A program made the translations under genes and the position numbers. A model generated the notes under the pieces. That model searched no databases and was not told where the DNA came from. It worked only from the letters and a program-made list of their open reading frames with translations. A stretch of 64,000 nt of DNA, taken from positions 186,001 through 250,000 of the IMG/VR virus record IMGVR_UViG_3300044972_002389; one strand, written 5' to 3'. The stretch's first letter is position 1. Every line of letters starts with the position of its first letter. Shown piece after piece: positions 47,025-55,885 of this stretch.

Positions 47025-47405
47025 ATGAGTGGAAGCATTGGCGGATGGTTTACTGGCCTGGCTGGAGGCTCTGGAGCAATTTTACGGCTGTGGGTAGATA
47101 TAATCCCAAATGCCACCTATAATCTTCAAGTTGGTGCTGGAGGTCAAGGGCAAACATCTGCCACAGTTCCTCCAACAAATGGAGGCAACACTACTATGAG
47201 CGGACCAGGTGGAGTATTTTATTCTGCTGGAGGCGGCGTAGCAGTGAGTGGAGGCAATGCAGGCACGACACCAAACATAATTTGGCCCTTGGTACCTGGA
47301 TCATATCTCCATGGTTTGGCAGGTGCAGGAGGCGATCCCACTAAGCCAAATCCTGCAGGGTCAAATGGCTCAGCTGGCCTTATTTTGATTGAATGGATTA
47401 ACTAA
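47025..47405 (+). CDS. collagen-like fibre protein, C-terminal part of the glycine-rich domain
   Basis: Same frame as 46344-46898; ends GLILIEW like its paralogs; GAGGA RBS. Confidence 0.75.
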   Translation: MSGSIGGWFTGLAGGSGAILRLWVDIIPNATYNLQVGAGGQGQTSATVPPTNGGNTTMSGPGGVFYSAGGGVAVSGGNAGTTPNIIWPLVPGSYLHGLAGAGGDPTKPNPAGSNGSAGLILIEWIN

Positions 47406-48334
47406 TGCCTCGCTTACTTGATAACCGTATTGTTGGCCCATCACGAGACGTTTTGACTACAACATTATATGGGGCACCTGCCGGGTATGTGTTACGAGTA
47501 TCCCCCACAGGAGATACACTTGTGGTCACAACCCCAGGTGGCCCACTGGGTCCTCCAGGTCCTCCTGGCCCCGCTGGACTAGCAGGGCCTGTTGGGCCAC
47601 CTGGAGCCAGCAGTGCATTAGTAGGTGATACAGGTCCCCCAGGTCCTCCTGGTCCTGCAGGAGGACCTCCTGGTCCTGCAGGTTTAACTGGACCAACGGG
47701 ACCAGGCGGGGGACCAGTGGGTCCTCCAGGACCGCCTGGAATTACTGGACCTATTGGGCCGCCTAGTGGCAATCAAGATATAAATGCAGCACAACTTGTG
47801 TCTCCTGGTGTATGGACAGCACCCCCAGGTGTGTTTTCTGTTAAGCTGACACTTATTGGAGCAGGGGGAGGCGGTAGTTTGCCCGTGAGTGGGGGTAGTC
47901 CAATTGAATTTGACAATAGTGCTCAATCTGGTTGGACAATACAAGGTATTCCTGGAAGCAGTGGTGGCGTAAATGAACAATGGGTAACTGTGCAGGGCGG
48001 ACAAAATTACAATGTCACAATAGGAGTTGGGGGTAGTGGAGCTATAATATCTGGAGGTGGGGTGTACCCCAATGAAAATAATATTCCAACATATTACCCA
48101 CAATATATATACGTTCCACCAAGTCCTGGCACCCCTACAACATGGAGTGGTCCAGGCAGTCCCACAGTCGTAGCAGGCGGCGGCCCATCAGCAGGCACCC
48201 CCGCAGGAATTCTGGGTACTCCTGGAGTGAATTCCCCCTTAAGTGTGGGATTGGGTGTGGCAACAGTCTATGGATTTGGGGCAGGAGCAGAACAACAGGG
48301 CGGCCCTGGTGCAGCACTTATAGAATGGATTTAA
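47405..48334 (+). CDS. collagen-like fibre protein with glycine-rich C-terminal domain
   Basis: MPRLLDNR head, GPP repeats, ends GAALIEW. Confidence 0.85.
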   Translation: MPRLLDNRIVGPSRDVLTTTLYGAPAGYVLRVSPTGDTLVVTTPGGPLGPPGPPGPAGLAGPVGPPGASSALVGDTGPPGPPGPAGGPPGPAGLTGPTGPGGGPVGPPGPPGITGPIGPPSGNQDINAAQLVSPGVWTAPPGVFSVKLTLIGAGGGGSLPVSGGSPIEFDNSAQSGWTIQGIPGSSGGVNEQWVTVQGGQNYNVTIGVGGSGAIISGGGVYPNENNIPTYYPQYIYVPPSPGTPTTWSGPGSPTVVAGGGPSAGTPAGILGTPGVNSPLSVGLGVATVYGFGAGAEQQGGPGAALIEWI

Positions 48335-48337
48335 AAG

Positions 48338-49273
48338 ATGCCAAAACTTCTTGATAAGCGTATAATAGGCGGGTCTGCAGACGTCCTGAATACAATACTG
48401 ATTGGTGTGCCTGCTGGGTTGCCCCTTATAGTGGCGCCAACAGGCGCCGCTTTGCTGTTGGGTCCAGCCACAAGTTTTCCAGGCGTAAGGGGGCCTACAG
48501 GGCCTACAGGATTGGGAGGAGCGCCAGGATTTGGTGGATTTCCTGCCCCTCCAGGTGTAAAAGGTGCCACTGGGTCTGCTGGGCAGCCTGGCCCATTAGC
48601 AGGACCACCAGGCACACTAGGGGCAACCGGGCCAGTAGGTGGCGCTGGCCCGACCGGAGACCCAGGGGCAACAGGAACTCTTGGTTTTCCAGGACCCCAA
48701 GGGACAGGCCAAAAATTAGCAGTAGCTGGCTTTTTGTCTCCCAGTACATGGGCTGTGCCTGCTACAACTACTAATGTAAAAATCACAACTGTGGGCGGAG
48801 GAGGAGCAGGTGGTTGGGGAGCAATTTATACAACACAGGATTACACAGGTGCTGACGGCGGCTATGCTGATGGTCCCACTATAAAACTAATTGGAGGCAA
48901 GGGTGGACCAGGTGCCGCTATAGAAACATGGATACCGGTCACGGCAGGCAGTAATTTGCAAGTAATAGTTGGAGGTGGTGGGGCTGCTAACATTAGTAAT
49001 TCTGGAAACCCTGGCACGCCCAGCCAACTTTTGGATCAAAGTGGAATAGCCCTTGTTACAGCAGGTGGTGGAAGCGGCGGCCTCAATGCCAACATCTTCA
49101 CACCCGGTGCCAATGGTGCGAGAGGAACTGCCACCAGCATAGGCCCGCTGGTTTACTTGAATGCTGACTTAGGCCTTAGGTTTGGTTACGGGGGCGTGGG
49201 CCGAGACGATACATCAGCATCAGGTGGACAACCAGGTGCAGTTCTTATAGAATATGTTGCTGTAGGTCCTTAA
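48338..49273 (+). CDS. collagen-like fibre protein with glycine-rich C-terminal domain
   Basis: MPKLLDKR head, Gly-X-Y repeats, ends GAVLIEY. Confidence 0.85.
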   Translation: MPKLLDKRIIGGSADVLNTILIGVPAGLPLIVAPTGAALLLGPATSFPGVRGPTGPTGLGGAPGFGGFPAPPGVKGATGSAGQPGPLAGPPGTLGATGPVGGAGPTGDPGATGTLGFPGPQGTGQKLAVAGFLSPSTWAVPATTTNVKITTVGGGGAGGWGAIYTTQDYTGADGGYADGPTIKLIGGKGGPGAAIETWIPVTAGSNLQVIVGGGGAANISNSGNPGTPSQLLDQSGIALVTAGGGSGGLNANIFTPGANGARGTATSIGPLVYLNADLGLRFGYGGVGRDDTSASGGQPGAVLIEYVAVGP

Positions 49274-49878
49274 CGCAGTGCTGGACCAGTTAACCAAGCC
49301 ACCAAAGTGCGGCGTAACCCACTTGTAACGGGTGTTACTCTATGCAGAACAAAGCTGGGAAAAACGGCTACAAGGCCTAGATCCTTGCTAATGGTTTGTG
49401 GATCAGCGCCTAACTTAACTTGTAGATTGCCACCTTCATACTCACAGGGATCGCTCAATTGTAAAACTACACTGAGTTTTCGAGGACCGTGGTTTGTGGA
49501 AGTGATGCCACTGTCAATATGCCAGGTGTAGTGACCCTCATCATCCCCGTAGTATTCAGTGTATTGCAGGTGTTCACCAAATCCCCACAAATCAAAGCGA
49601 AAATGCTGGCCATTTAAATTACGAACAATATTACCCAAGCGTTGATAAATCCAATCAGTGTCAGGACTGGCTTCAATCCAACTGGTTTTGCTTTTGCGTA
49701 TTTGTTCATAATTTTGAGCGGGATCAAATCCACCAATTACCGCTTTTCCTGGCTGTCTAGCCTGCCCTAGTTGAATTATCTTTTTTATATCATCTCCTGA
49801 AAATCCATCTTTCCAGGTTGCTACGTTTGCCTCACCAGCGCCAAAGCTGGGACTTGGTAAAAATTGATAAATTGACAC
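49270..49878 (-). CDS. 2OG-Fe(II) oxygenase (prolyl 4-hydroxylase / PKHD-type)
   Basis: [30 protein letters not shown]; GGAG RBS before GTG 49878. Confidence 0.88.
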   Translation of the reverse strand: MSIYQFLPSPSFGAGEANVATWKDGFSGDDIKKIIQLGQARQPGKAVIGGFDPAQNYEQIRKSKTSWIEASPDTDWIYQRLGNIVRNLNGQHFRFDLWGFGEHLQYTEYYGDDEGHYTWHIDSGITSTNHGPRKLSVVLQLSDPCEYEGGNLQVKLGADPQTISKDLGLVAVFPSFVLHRVTPVTSGLRRTLVAWLTGPALR

Positions 49879-49940
49879 TCTGTTGCTCCCTTTGATTTGA
49901 ACTATACAAGGGCCTTTGTTTCTCTGCAATAAATAGATTT

Positions 49941-50168
49941 ATGAGAGCAATGGATTTAGATAGTGCTGGCTATTACAGCCCAGACCAAGATCATTATACT
50001 ATGCAAAATCAGTATGACCCGCGTCGACCCAAGATTACAATCGCACATTTAAATCAAATGAAAAGAATGCGTAGTGCCAAGAAATTGGAAAATCTTGTGC
50101 GCAGAGATCTTTTGGGCCTGTTGTATGGCGCTCCCTCTGCTGAAGGCGGCGGAATGCCAGGCATGTAG
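49941..50168 (+). CDS. small late head-assembly-region protein
   Basis: TAAATA at 49930; RRPK.T..HLN.MK.MR...YG motif. Confidence 0.7.
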   Translation: MRAMDLDSAGYYSPDQDHYTMQNQYDPRRPKITIAHLNQMKRMRSAKKLENLVRRDLLGLLYGAPSAEGGGMPGM

Positions 50169-50264
50169 TCTAAAATTGCCTTATTTTCCATATAAATCCA
50201 AGTTATTCTTCAACTCCTTCTAAATAAACACAGAGTCTATCAACTTTACCAAAGGAGACAAACT

Positions 50265-51626
50265 ATGGCTAATAGCAAGCTGTTGAAGGTAATGGATTAC
50301 CTTATCAACGAGCAAGAAGACAAGGCTCGTGACCTGTTGCACCAAATCTTCATTGAGAAGGCACGTGCAATTCACGAGGAAATGCTAAGTGACGACGAGC
50401 ATGAAATGGACAGGGACGAGGGCAGAAATCTCGGAGATGACATTGAATTTCACAAAGAAGAAATTGAGAATGAAGAGCATTATGGCGACGGCACAATGGA
50501 AGATGTTGACCTCGATGACGCGGTTGAAGATCTCACAGTAAGTGCTGGCGATGATGAAGATGCTGACGATGTTGATGTTGACGTGGAAGACGATGACATA
50601 GACATGGACGCTGAAGACGACATGGACGATGAAGACGACATGGACGATGAAGAAATGGATGCTGATGAAGCTGAAATGGATGCAGACATGGACCACGACG
50701 AGGAAGCTGAAGGCGAGCGTCTAAAAGACATTGAGCAAGCAATTGAAGAGTTGACTGCTGAATTTGAAGCTATGAAGGCTGAACTACATGGTGAACATGG
50801 TGATGCAGAGGGAGATAAAATGCCCCTGCAGGAAATGGCAGATTCGGGCACTACGCCTGGTGGTAAACAGTACAAAATTAGCGGCGATTTTGAAACCGTG
50901 ACTGTTAATGGAACTTCTTACCCAATCCGCAAACTGAGTGGTCAAGGGGACAACCCCGACTACGTAATAGATGACATCCATATTGGTCAAACATATCAGG
51001 ACATGCCACACCCTGACGCGGATGAGGAAGACTATGAGGAAGAATATGAAGTCTGGACAGAAGCACCAGGACAAGCAGATAACACCCTACACGTTGGTAC
51101 GTGGGATGAGTGCTGGAACTTTTTAATTGATCAACTAGGAAGTGAAGACCATTCGCGTTTGAAAAGACGCCTACAGCGCGATGCTAGCGGTGGTGGCATG
51201 AGAGAAGGCTGGATGGACAACACTGACGACCTTGATGAAGACTATGATGATCTTGATGAAGCCATTGCCCTCGATACAGTTCATGTTGATCTCAAGAAAG
51301 TTGGCGAAGTTGGCTCAGGAAAGTTTTCTCGTAGTGATGTAAGCAAGCATAGCCCAGTGCCCAAAGGCGTTCAAAGCCCTGTTCCAGGTGCCAAGCCAGT
51401 TGTGACAGGCAAGGGATCAAAGGCTGATGGATATCATCTTCAATCTGCCCCCACAAGTGCCAGTATGAACTTGTCCAACCGTCGCAAGAAGGCTAGTGAA
51501 GACATGACTCATGTCAGCAAGGAAGGCAGCACAAAGGCCATGTTGAACAAAGATCGTTCAGAAGGTTTTGGCGCCGCCAACGTTCGCAGCCCACTGGGCA
51601 GCACCGGCACAACACCAAAGAAGTAA
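50265..51626 (+). CDS. acidic prohead core protein
   Basis: LINE...KA..L.H.IFIEKAR.I.E head, D/E-rich linker, upstream of the protease; TAAATA at 50221; AAGGAG RBS. Confidence 0.7.
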   Translation: MANSKLLKVMDYLINEQEDKARDLLHQIFIEKARAIHEEMLSDDEHEMDRDEGRNLGDDIEFHKEEIENEEHYGDGTMEDVDLDDAVEDLTVSAGDDEDADDVDVDVEDDDIDMDAEDDMDDEDDMDDEEMDADEAEMDADMDHDEEAEGERLKDIEQAIEELTAEFEAMKAELHGEHGDAEGDKMPLQEMADSGTTPGGKQYKISGDFETVTVNGTSYPIRKLSGQGDNPDYVIDDIHIGQTYQDMPHPDADEEDYEEEYEVWTEAPGQADNTLHVGTWDECWNFLIDQLGSEDHSRLKRRLQRDASGGGMREGWMDNTDDLDEDYDDLDEAIALDTVHVDLKKVGEVGSGKFSRSDVSKHSPVPKGVQSPVPGAKPVVTGKGSKADGYHLQSAPTSASMNLSNRRKKASEDMTHVSKEGSTKAMLNKDRSEGFGAANVRSPLGSTGTTPKK

Positions 51627-51642
51627 TTTATCAACAAGAAAT

Positions 51643-51680
51643 TATGCTGTAACTCAAAAGGTTACAGCATAGTTCTTTGA
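51643..51680 (+). terminator. hairpin, probable terminator
   Basis: TATGCTGTAAC...GTTACAGCATA inverted repeat followed by a T-rich tail. Confidence 0.6.
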
Positions 51681-51766
51681 AAAAACACTGGTTTCTTACT
51701 GGAAATCCAGCTGTTTCAGATAGTGTTGTTAAATATTGTTACTACGAAACTAAACAGGAAACAAAA

Positions 51767-52399
51767 ATGGTCTCAATTCTGCAAGAACACTTGCATTTTG
51801 ATGATGCACAAATGAAGGTTGTTACCGAAGCCATAGAAGGTGGTCATAAAAACCTCTTCATGGAAGGAATCTTCATTCAAGGCGGAATCAAAAATCATAA
51901 CGGAAGAGTCTATCCTGTAGACGAGATTCGCAAAGCCGTAGAGCTAGTAAATTCAAGCATATCCAAAGACAATGGGGTACCTGGTGAACTGGATCATCCA
52001 CAAGAGCTTCAAATTCATCTAGATCGCGTAAGCCACAGCATTCAAAAAATGTGGATAGACGGTCCCAATGGCCTTGGTAAGTTGAAAGTATTACCAACAC
52101 CTTGCGGTCAAATTGCAAAAACCTTGCTTGAGAGTGGTGTAAAACTTGGCGTTTCATCACGTGGCTCAGGCAATGTCGATCCCTATGGGAACGTTTCAGA
52201 TTTTGAAATGTTAACAGTCGACATAGTGGCCAAACCTTCAGCCCCAAGTGCATATCCTGTGCCTGTATATGAGGCTATGTATCACAGAAGGCTCGGCAGC
52301 AACATCAGAGACTTGGCAGAAAGCGTGCGTCATGATGAGAAGGCTCAAAAGCATCTCACCAAGACCCTGCTCCGCTGGGTTAACGAGTTGAAGATTTAA
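51767..52399 (+). CDS. prohead protease (T4 gp21-like)
   Basis: GIFIQ...N.NGRVYP, GELDHP, GVSSRGSG, D.VA.PSAP.AYP; TAAATA at 51730. Confidence 0.95.
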   Translation: MVSILQEHLHFDDAQMKVVTEAIEGGHKNLFMEGIFIQGGIKNHNGRVYPVDEIRKAVELVNSSISKDNGVPGELDHPQELQIHLDRVSHSIQKMWIDGPNGLGKLKVLPTPCGQIAKTLLESGVKLGVSSRGSGNVDPYGNVSDFEMLTVDIVAKPSAPSAYPVPVYEAMYHRRLGSNIRDLAESVRHDEKAQKHLTKTLLRWVNELKI

Positions 52400-52417
52400 C
52401 AAGGAGACGCCAGTCCT

Positions 52418-53623
52418 ATGGAAAAACAACTACAAGAGCTCCTGGAGAACGAAGTGCTTGGCCCCGAAGCCAAAACTGCCCTTCAGGAAGCATTCACAAA
52501 CAAGCTCAAAGAAGCTGAGACAAAGCTCCAAGAAAGTTATGCTCATCGCTTCGAGCACGAGCGCGGATTGCTTGTGGAAGCCATGGACAAGATGTTGAAC
52601 GATGTTGTGAGAAAAGAACTCAGTGAGTTCTCTCAAGACAAGCAAGCAGTAGCAGCCAAAAAGGTGCAGCTCACCCAGGCTGTTAGTGAGGCAAAATCCA
52701 CTTACAACAAAAAGCTGGCCCAACATGTGAAAATGATGGAACAGTTTATGCAAGGTGAAATCCGCAAGGAAATTACTGAGTTCAAAGCCGACAGAAAACA
52801 GTTGGCCGTTCAACGCAAATCTATGGCTACCGAACTGCTGGAGAGTAAGAAAAACGCTCAAGCAGCCCTCGAAGCTAAAATTGGCAAACTGGAGAACTTT
52901 GTTCTTCAGCAATTGTCAGAAGAAATTTCCGAATTTCAATCTGACAAAAAGGCTCTGGTAGAGCAACGAGTCAAACTGGCAAGCGAAGCAAAACGCAAGC
53001 TGGATGAAACCCAACGCTCATTTGTCAACAGAGCAACCACTGTGGTTGATAAAACCTTGAACGAGGTCATCAAGCGCGAGTTGGTGCAATGGAGAGACGA
53101 TATCAAAATTGCTCGTGAGAACAATTTTGGTCGTAAAATATTCGAAGCTGTGGCCGCTGAATTTATGACCAGCTACCTTGCAGAAGGTACTCAAGTCAAA
53201 AAGCTCAGTGATCAACTCAAGACGCAACAAGCAGCACTAGCTGAGGCACAAAAGGCAATTCATGAGAAAGAAAATCTCTTGGAAAGCGTTCGTGCACAAA
53301 GCCGTGCAGCACAAGCTCAGCTTCAAAGAGCCCAAGTGCTCAATGAGCTGTTGAACCCCTTGGCCAGAGACAAGAAAAAGATCATGGAAAGCCTTTTGGA
53401 AGATGTGAAAACCACACACCTCAAAGAAAGCTATCACAGATACTTGCCCGCAGTGTTGAACCAAAATGCACCAGCCGCACCAAAGGCTGTGCAAGCAAAA
53501 CCCAGCAGAGCTGTGGCACATTCCGGAGACCGCGTAAGTCTCGTGGAAACACAACAAAACCCAACTGAAGATCGCGATCTTCAAAATATCTTGTATTTGG
53601 CCGGTGTCGCCAAAGCACAATAA
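52418..53623 (+). CDS. prohead scaffold protein (T4 gp22-like)
   Basis: Coiled coil, FGRKIFEA..AEF motif, between the protease and major capsid genes. Confidence 0.85.
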   Translation: MEKQLQELLENEVLGPEAKTALQEAFTNKLKEAETKLQESYAHRFEHERGLLVEAMDKMLNDVVRKELSEFSQDKQAVAAKKVQLTQAVSEAKSTYNKKLAQHVKMMEQFMQGEIRKEITEFKADRKQLAVQRKSMATELLESKKNAQAALEAKIGKLENFVLQQLSEEISEFQSDKKALVEQRVKLASEAKRKLDETQRSFVNRATTVVDKTLNEVIKRELVQWRDDIKIARENNFGRKIFEAVAAEFMTSYLAEGTQVKKLSDQLKTQQAALAEAQKAIHEKENLLESVRAQSRAAQAQLQRAQVLNELLNPLARDKKKIMESLLEDVKTTHLKESYHRYLPAVLNQNAPAAPKAVQAKPSRAVAHSGDRVSLVETQQNPTEDRDLQNILYLAGVAKAQ

Positions 53624-53630
53624 GGAGAAA

Positions 53631-54845
53631 ATGACTATGAAAGGCAACCTTTTTGAAGCCAACTGGAATCTCACCAGAGACGCTCTTTGCGAAGGCCTCA
53701 CCGGCAATCGCAAGAAAGTTATGGAAGTGGTTCTTGAGAATACCAAGCGTGACCTAAGCAGCAAAGCAGGCATCTTGTTTGAAAACGCAACACCTGGTTC
53801 AACAAGCCAAGGCAACGTTGCTACCCTAAACAAGGTTATCCTGCCCGTTATCCGTCGAGTGATGCCAACTGTTATCGCTAACGAGATCATCGGCGTGCAA
53901 CCAATGACAGGTCCCGTTGGGCAAATCCACACCCTGCGTGTGCGTTATGCCGACACATACCCCAATCCAGCAGTAGCTGGTGGCGTGATTGCTGGTACTG
54001 AAGCTCTCAGCCCCTTTGACATTGCTCGCTTTTACAGCGGTAATGGCGATGTGAACAACCCTCGCGGTGCTGCTGCTGCAACACTTGAAGGCACAGCTGG
54101 CAAGAGACTAAACATCCAGATCTTGAAAGAGACTGTGGAAGCCAAGACCCGCAAGCTCAGCGCTCGCTGGACTTTCGAGGCTGCACAAGATGCACAAGCC
54201 CAACAAGGCATTGACATCGAAGCTGAGATTATGGCTGCTCTAGCTCAAGAAATCACAGCTGAAATTGACCAAGAGATCCTAAACAGCCTGCGCAACCTAG
54301 CTGGCATCACTCTCACATACGACCAAGGCGCTGTCTCCGGCACTGCCACATTCGTTGGTGACGAGCATGCTGCTCTTGCTGTCTTGATCAACCGTGGTGC
54401 AAACTTGATTGCTGCTCGCACACGTCGTGGTGCTGGTAACTGGGTTGTGGTTTCCCCCACAGCACTGACAATCCTGCAAAGCGCAACAACTTCCGCTTTC
54501 GCTCGCACAACTGAAGGCACATTCGAAGCTCCAACCAACACCAAGTTCGTTGGCGTTTTGAACAACTCAGTTCGCGTGTATGTGGACCAATATGCTGCTG
54601 ATGATACCCCTGTGCTAGTTGGTTACAAGGGTCCTGGCGAAATTGATGCGGCTGCGTATTATTGCCCATATGTGCCACTGACAAGCAGTGGTGTTGTGAT
54701 TGATCCCAACACCTTCGAACCAGTGGTATCTTTCATGTCACGATATGGTTACTTGGAACTCAGCAACGTAGCAAGTTCACTTGGTAATGCTGCTGACTAC
54801 TTGGCTGGCATCGCCATAAATACTGCGAATTTGAAATTTCTTTAA
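53631..54845 (+). CDS. major capsid protein (T4 gp23-like)
   Basis: RRVMPTVIANEIIGVQPMTGP, VEAKTRKLSARWT.E.AQD, EITAEID.E, YYCPYVPL, SRYG; AAGGAG RBS. Confidence 0.97.
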   Translation: MTMKGNLFEANWNLTRDALCEGLTGNRKKVMEVVLENTKRDLSSKAGILFENATPGSTSQGNVATLNKVILPVIRRVMPTVIANEIIGVQPMTGPVGQIHTLRVRYADTYPNPAVAGGVIAGTEALSPFDIARFYSGNGDVNNPRGAAAATLEGTAGKRLNIQILKETVEAKTRKLSARWTFEAAQDAQAQQGIDIEAEIMAALAQEITAEIDQEILNSLRNLAGITLTYDQGAVSGTATFVGDEHAALAVLINRGANLIAARTRRGAGNWVVVSPTALTILQSATTSAFARTTEGTFEAPTNTKFVGVLNNSVRVYVDQYAADDTPVLVGYKGPGEIDAAAYYCPYVPLTSSGVVIDPNTFEPVVSFMSRYGYLELSNVASSLGNAADYLAGIAINTANLKFL

Positions 54846-54892
54846 GTTATTGATATCATTAGCTTTTTTTGAAGCTAATGGTGGAAAACGAC

Positions 54893-54930
54893 AAGATAAA
54901 ACCCCGGGATCTCTCCCGGGGTTTTATCTT
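54893..54930. terminator. bidirectional intrinsic terminator
   Basis: AAGATAAAACCCCGGGA / TCCCGGGGTTTTATCTT 17-bp inverted repeat between convergent genes. Confidence 0.85.
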
Positions 54931-55783
54931 AAAACAATGTGCAACCTTGCAGTAACAATTGCTCTCTCCAATCATCAGCCAATGCACCAGGAACTTTGAT
55001 GCGGAATATTTGGTACCCTTGCGCAATAGCGTTTGCAGTCTTGCGTGCATCTCGTGCTTGAGTCTTAGCGAGCCCTTCAAGTTTAATAGATTCTGCATCA
55101 TCTTTCTTACCATATAAATTCTTGTTGTAATGATATGGTCCATCTATTTCAACTAATATTTTTTCATTTATTACGAAGTCATAAAGAAACAATCCGACAC
55201 GTACAAATTTGCGATATATCAGCCCTGATTCAATAAGGATTTGTTCAAACTGTAGCTCCGGTTTAGTATTGAATAATTTCATTCCAAGCTTGTCTGGATT
55301 TTCCGCCATAAACTTCAGTCTACCCCGACTGTAATTTTCCTTTTGTTCATCAGTAGCCTTGCTGCCGCGCCGTGCAGCCCACATCTGTTCAACCTTTTGT
55401 TGCACTAGTGCAGGATCTCTAGTTTGTGCTATGTGACTCATTCTCTTTTTGAATTCGTCACTACGTTTGTAGCCTTTTTGAGGACTGCCACCATTACTCT
55501 CTAAAAATTTCTGGTAACTTTCTTTTTGCCGCTCCACAGCTTCTCTAGGCATAATTTTACCCTTGTTACCAACACCAATTTTTTGTTTGGTTTCTTCGCT
55601 GTGTTTTCTGCCAGTCCGCACTTGTTTTTGTTTGGCACGCAACTCCTCTGTCCATGGCTTCATTGCGCTAACAGGATTCCCAGGAAATTTTTCTTGATAC
55701 TCTTGACTTGATAAACCATGGCTTTTGAGGTGCTTACCTACCAAGGTGCCCAATTGTCTTTTGCAGATTTGACATTCGATCAT
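54929..55783 (-). CDS. putative homing endonuclease (C2H2 finger + NUMOD3 + Vsr-like domain)
   Basis: CQIC...HLKSH; GRKHSEETKQKI; YDF....LVEIDGPYH; TAAATA at 55813-55818 (minus). Confidence 0.78.
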   Translation of the reverse strand: MIECQICKRQLGTLVGKHLKSHGLSSQEYQEKFPGNPVSAMKPWTEELRAKQKQVRTGRKHSEETKQKIGVGNKGKIMPREAVERQKESYQKFLESNGGSPQKGYKRSDEFKKRMSHIAQTRDPALVQQKVEQMWAARRGSKATDEQKENYSRGRLKFMAENPDKLGMKLFNTKPELQFEQILIESGLIYRKFVRVGLFLYDFVINEKILVEIDGPYHYNKNLYGKKDDAESIKLEGLAKTQARDARKTANAIAQGYQIFRIKVPGALADDWREQLLLQGCTLF

Positions 55784-55857
55784 TTAACAAACTCTCCAAT
55801 TTAAGTTTGTTGTATTTATAGCGATATGTCAAATCCAGTATCAAATGAGGCTACGAC

Positions 55858-55885
55858 AAAAGCCTGGGATTTCTCCCAGGCTTTT
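55858..55885 (-). terminator. intrinsic terminator
   Basis: AAAAGCCTGGGA...TCCCAGGCTTTT. Confidence 0.75.

Noticed and set aside
46344-49273. Diversity-generating retroelement acting on the fibre paralogs
   Set aside because: No reverse transcriptase in the window and no near-identical template/variable repeat pair differing at adenines
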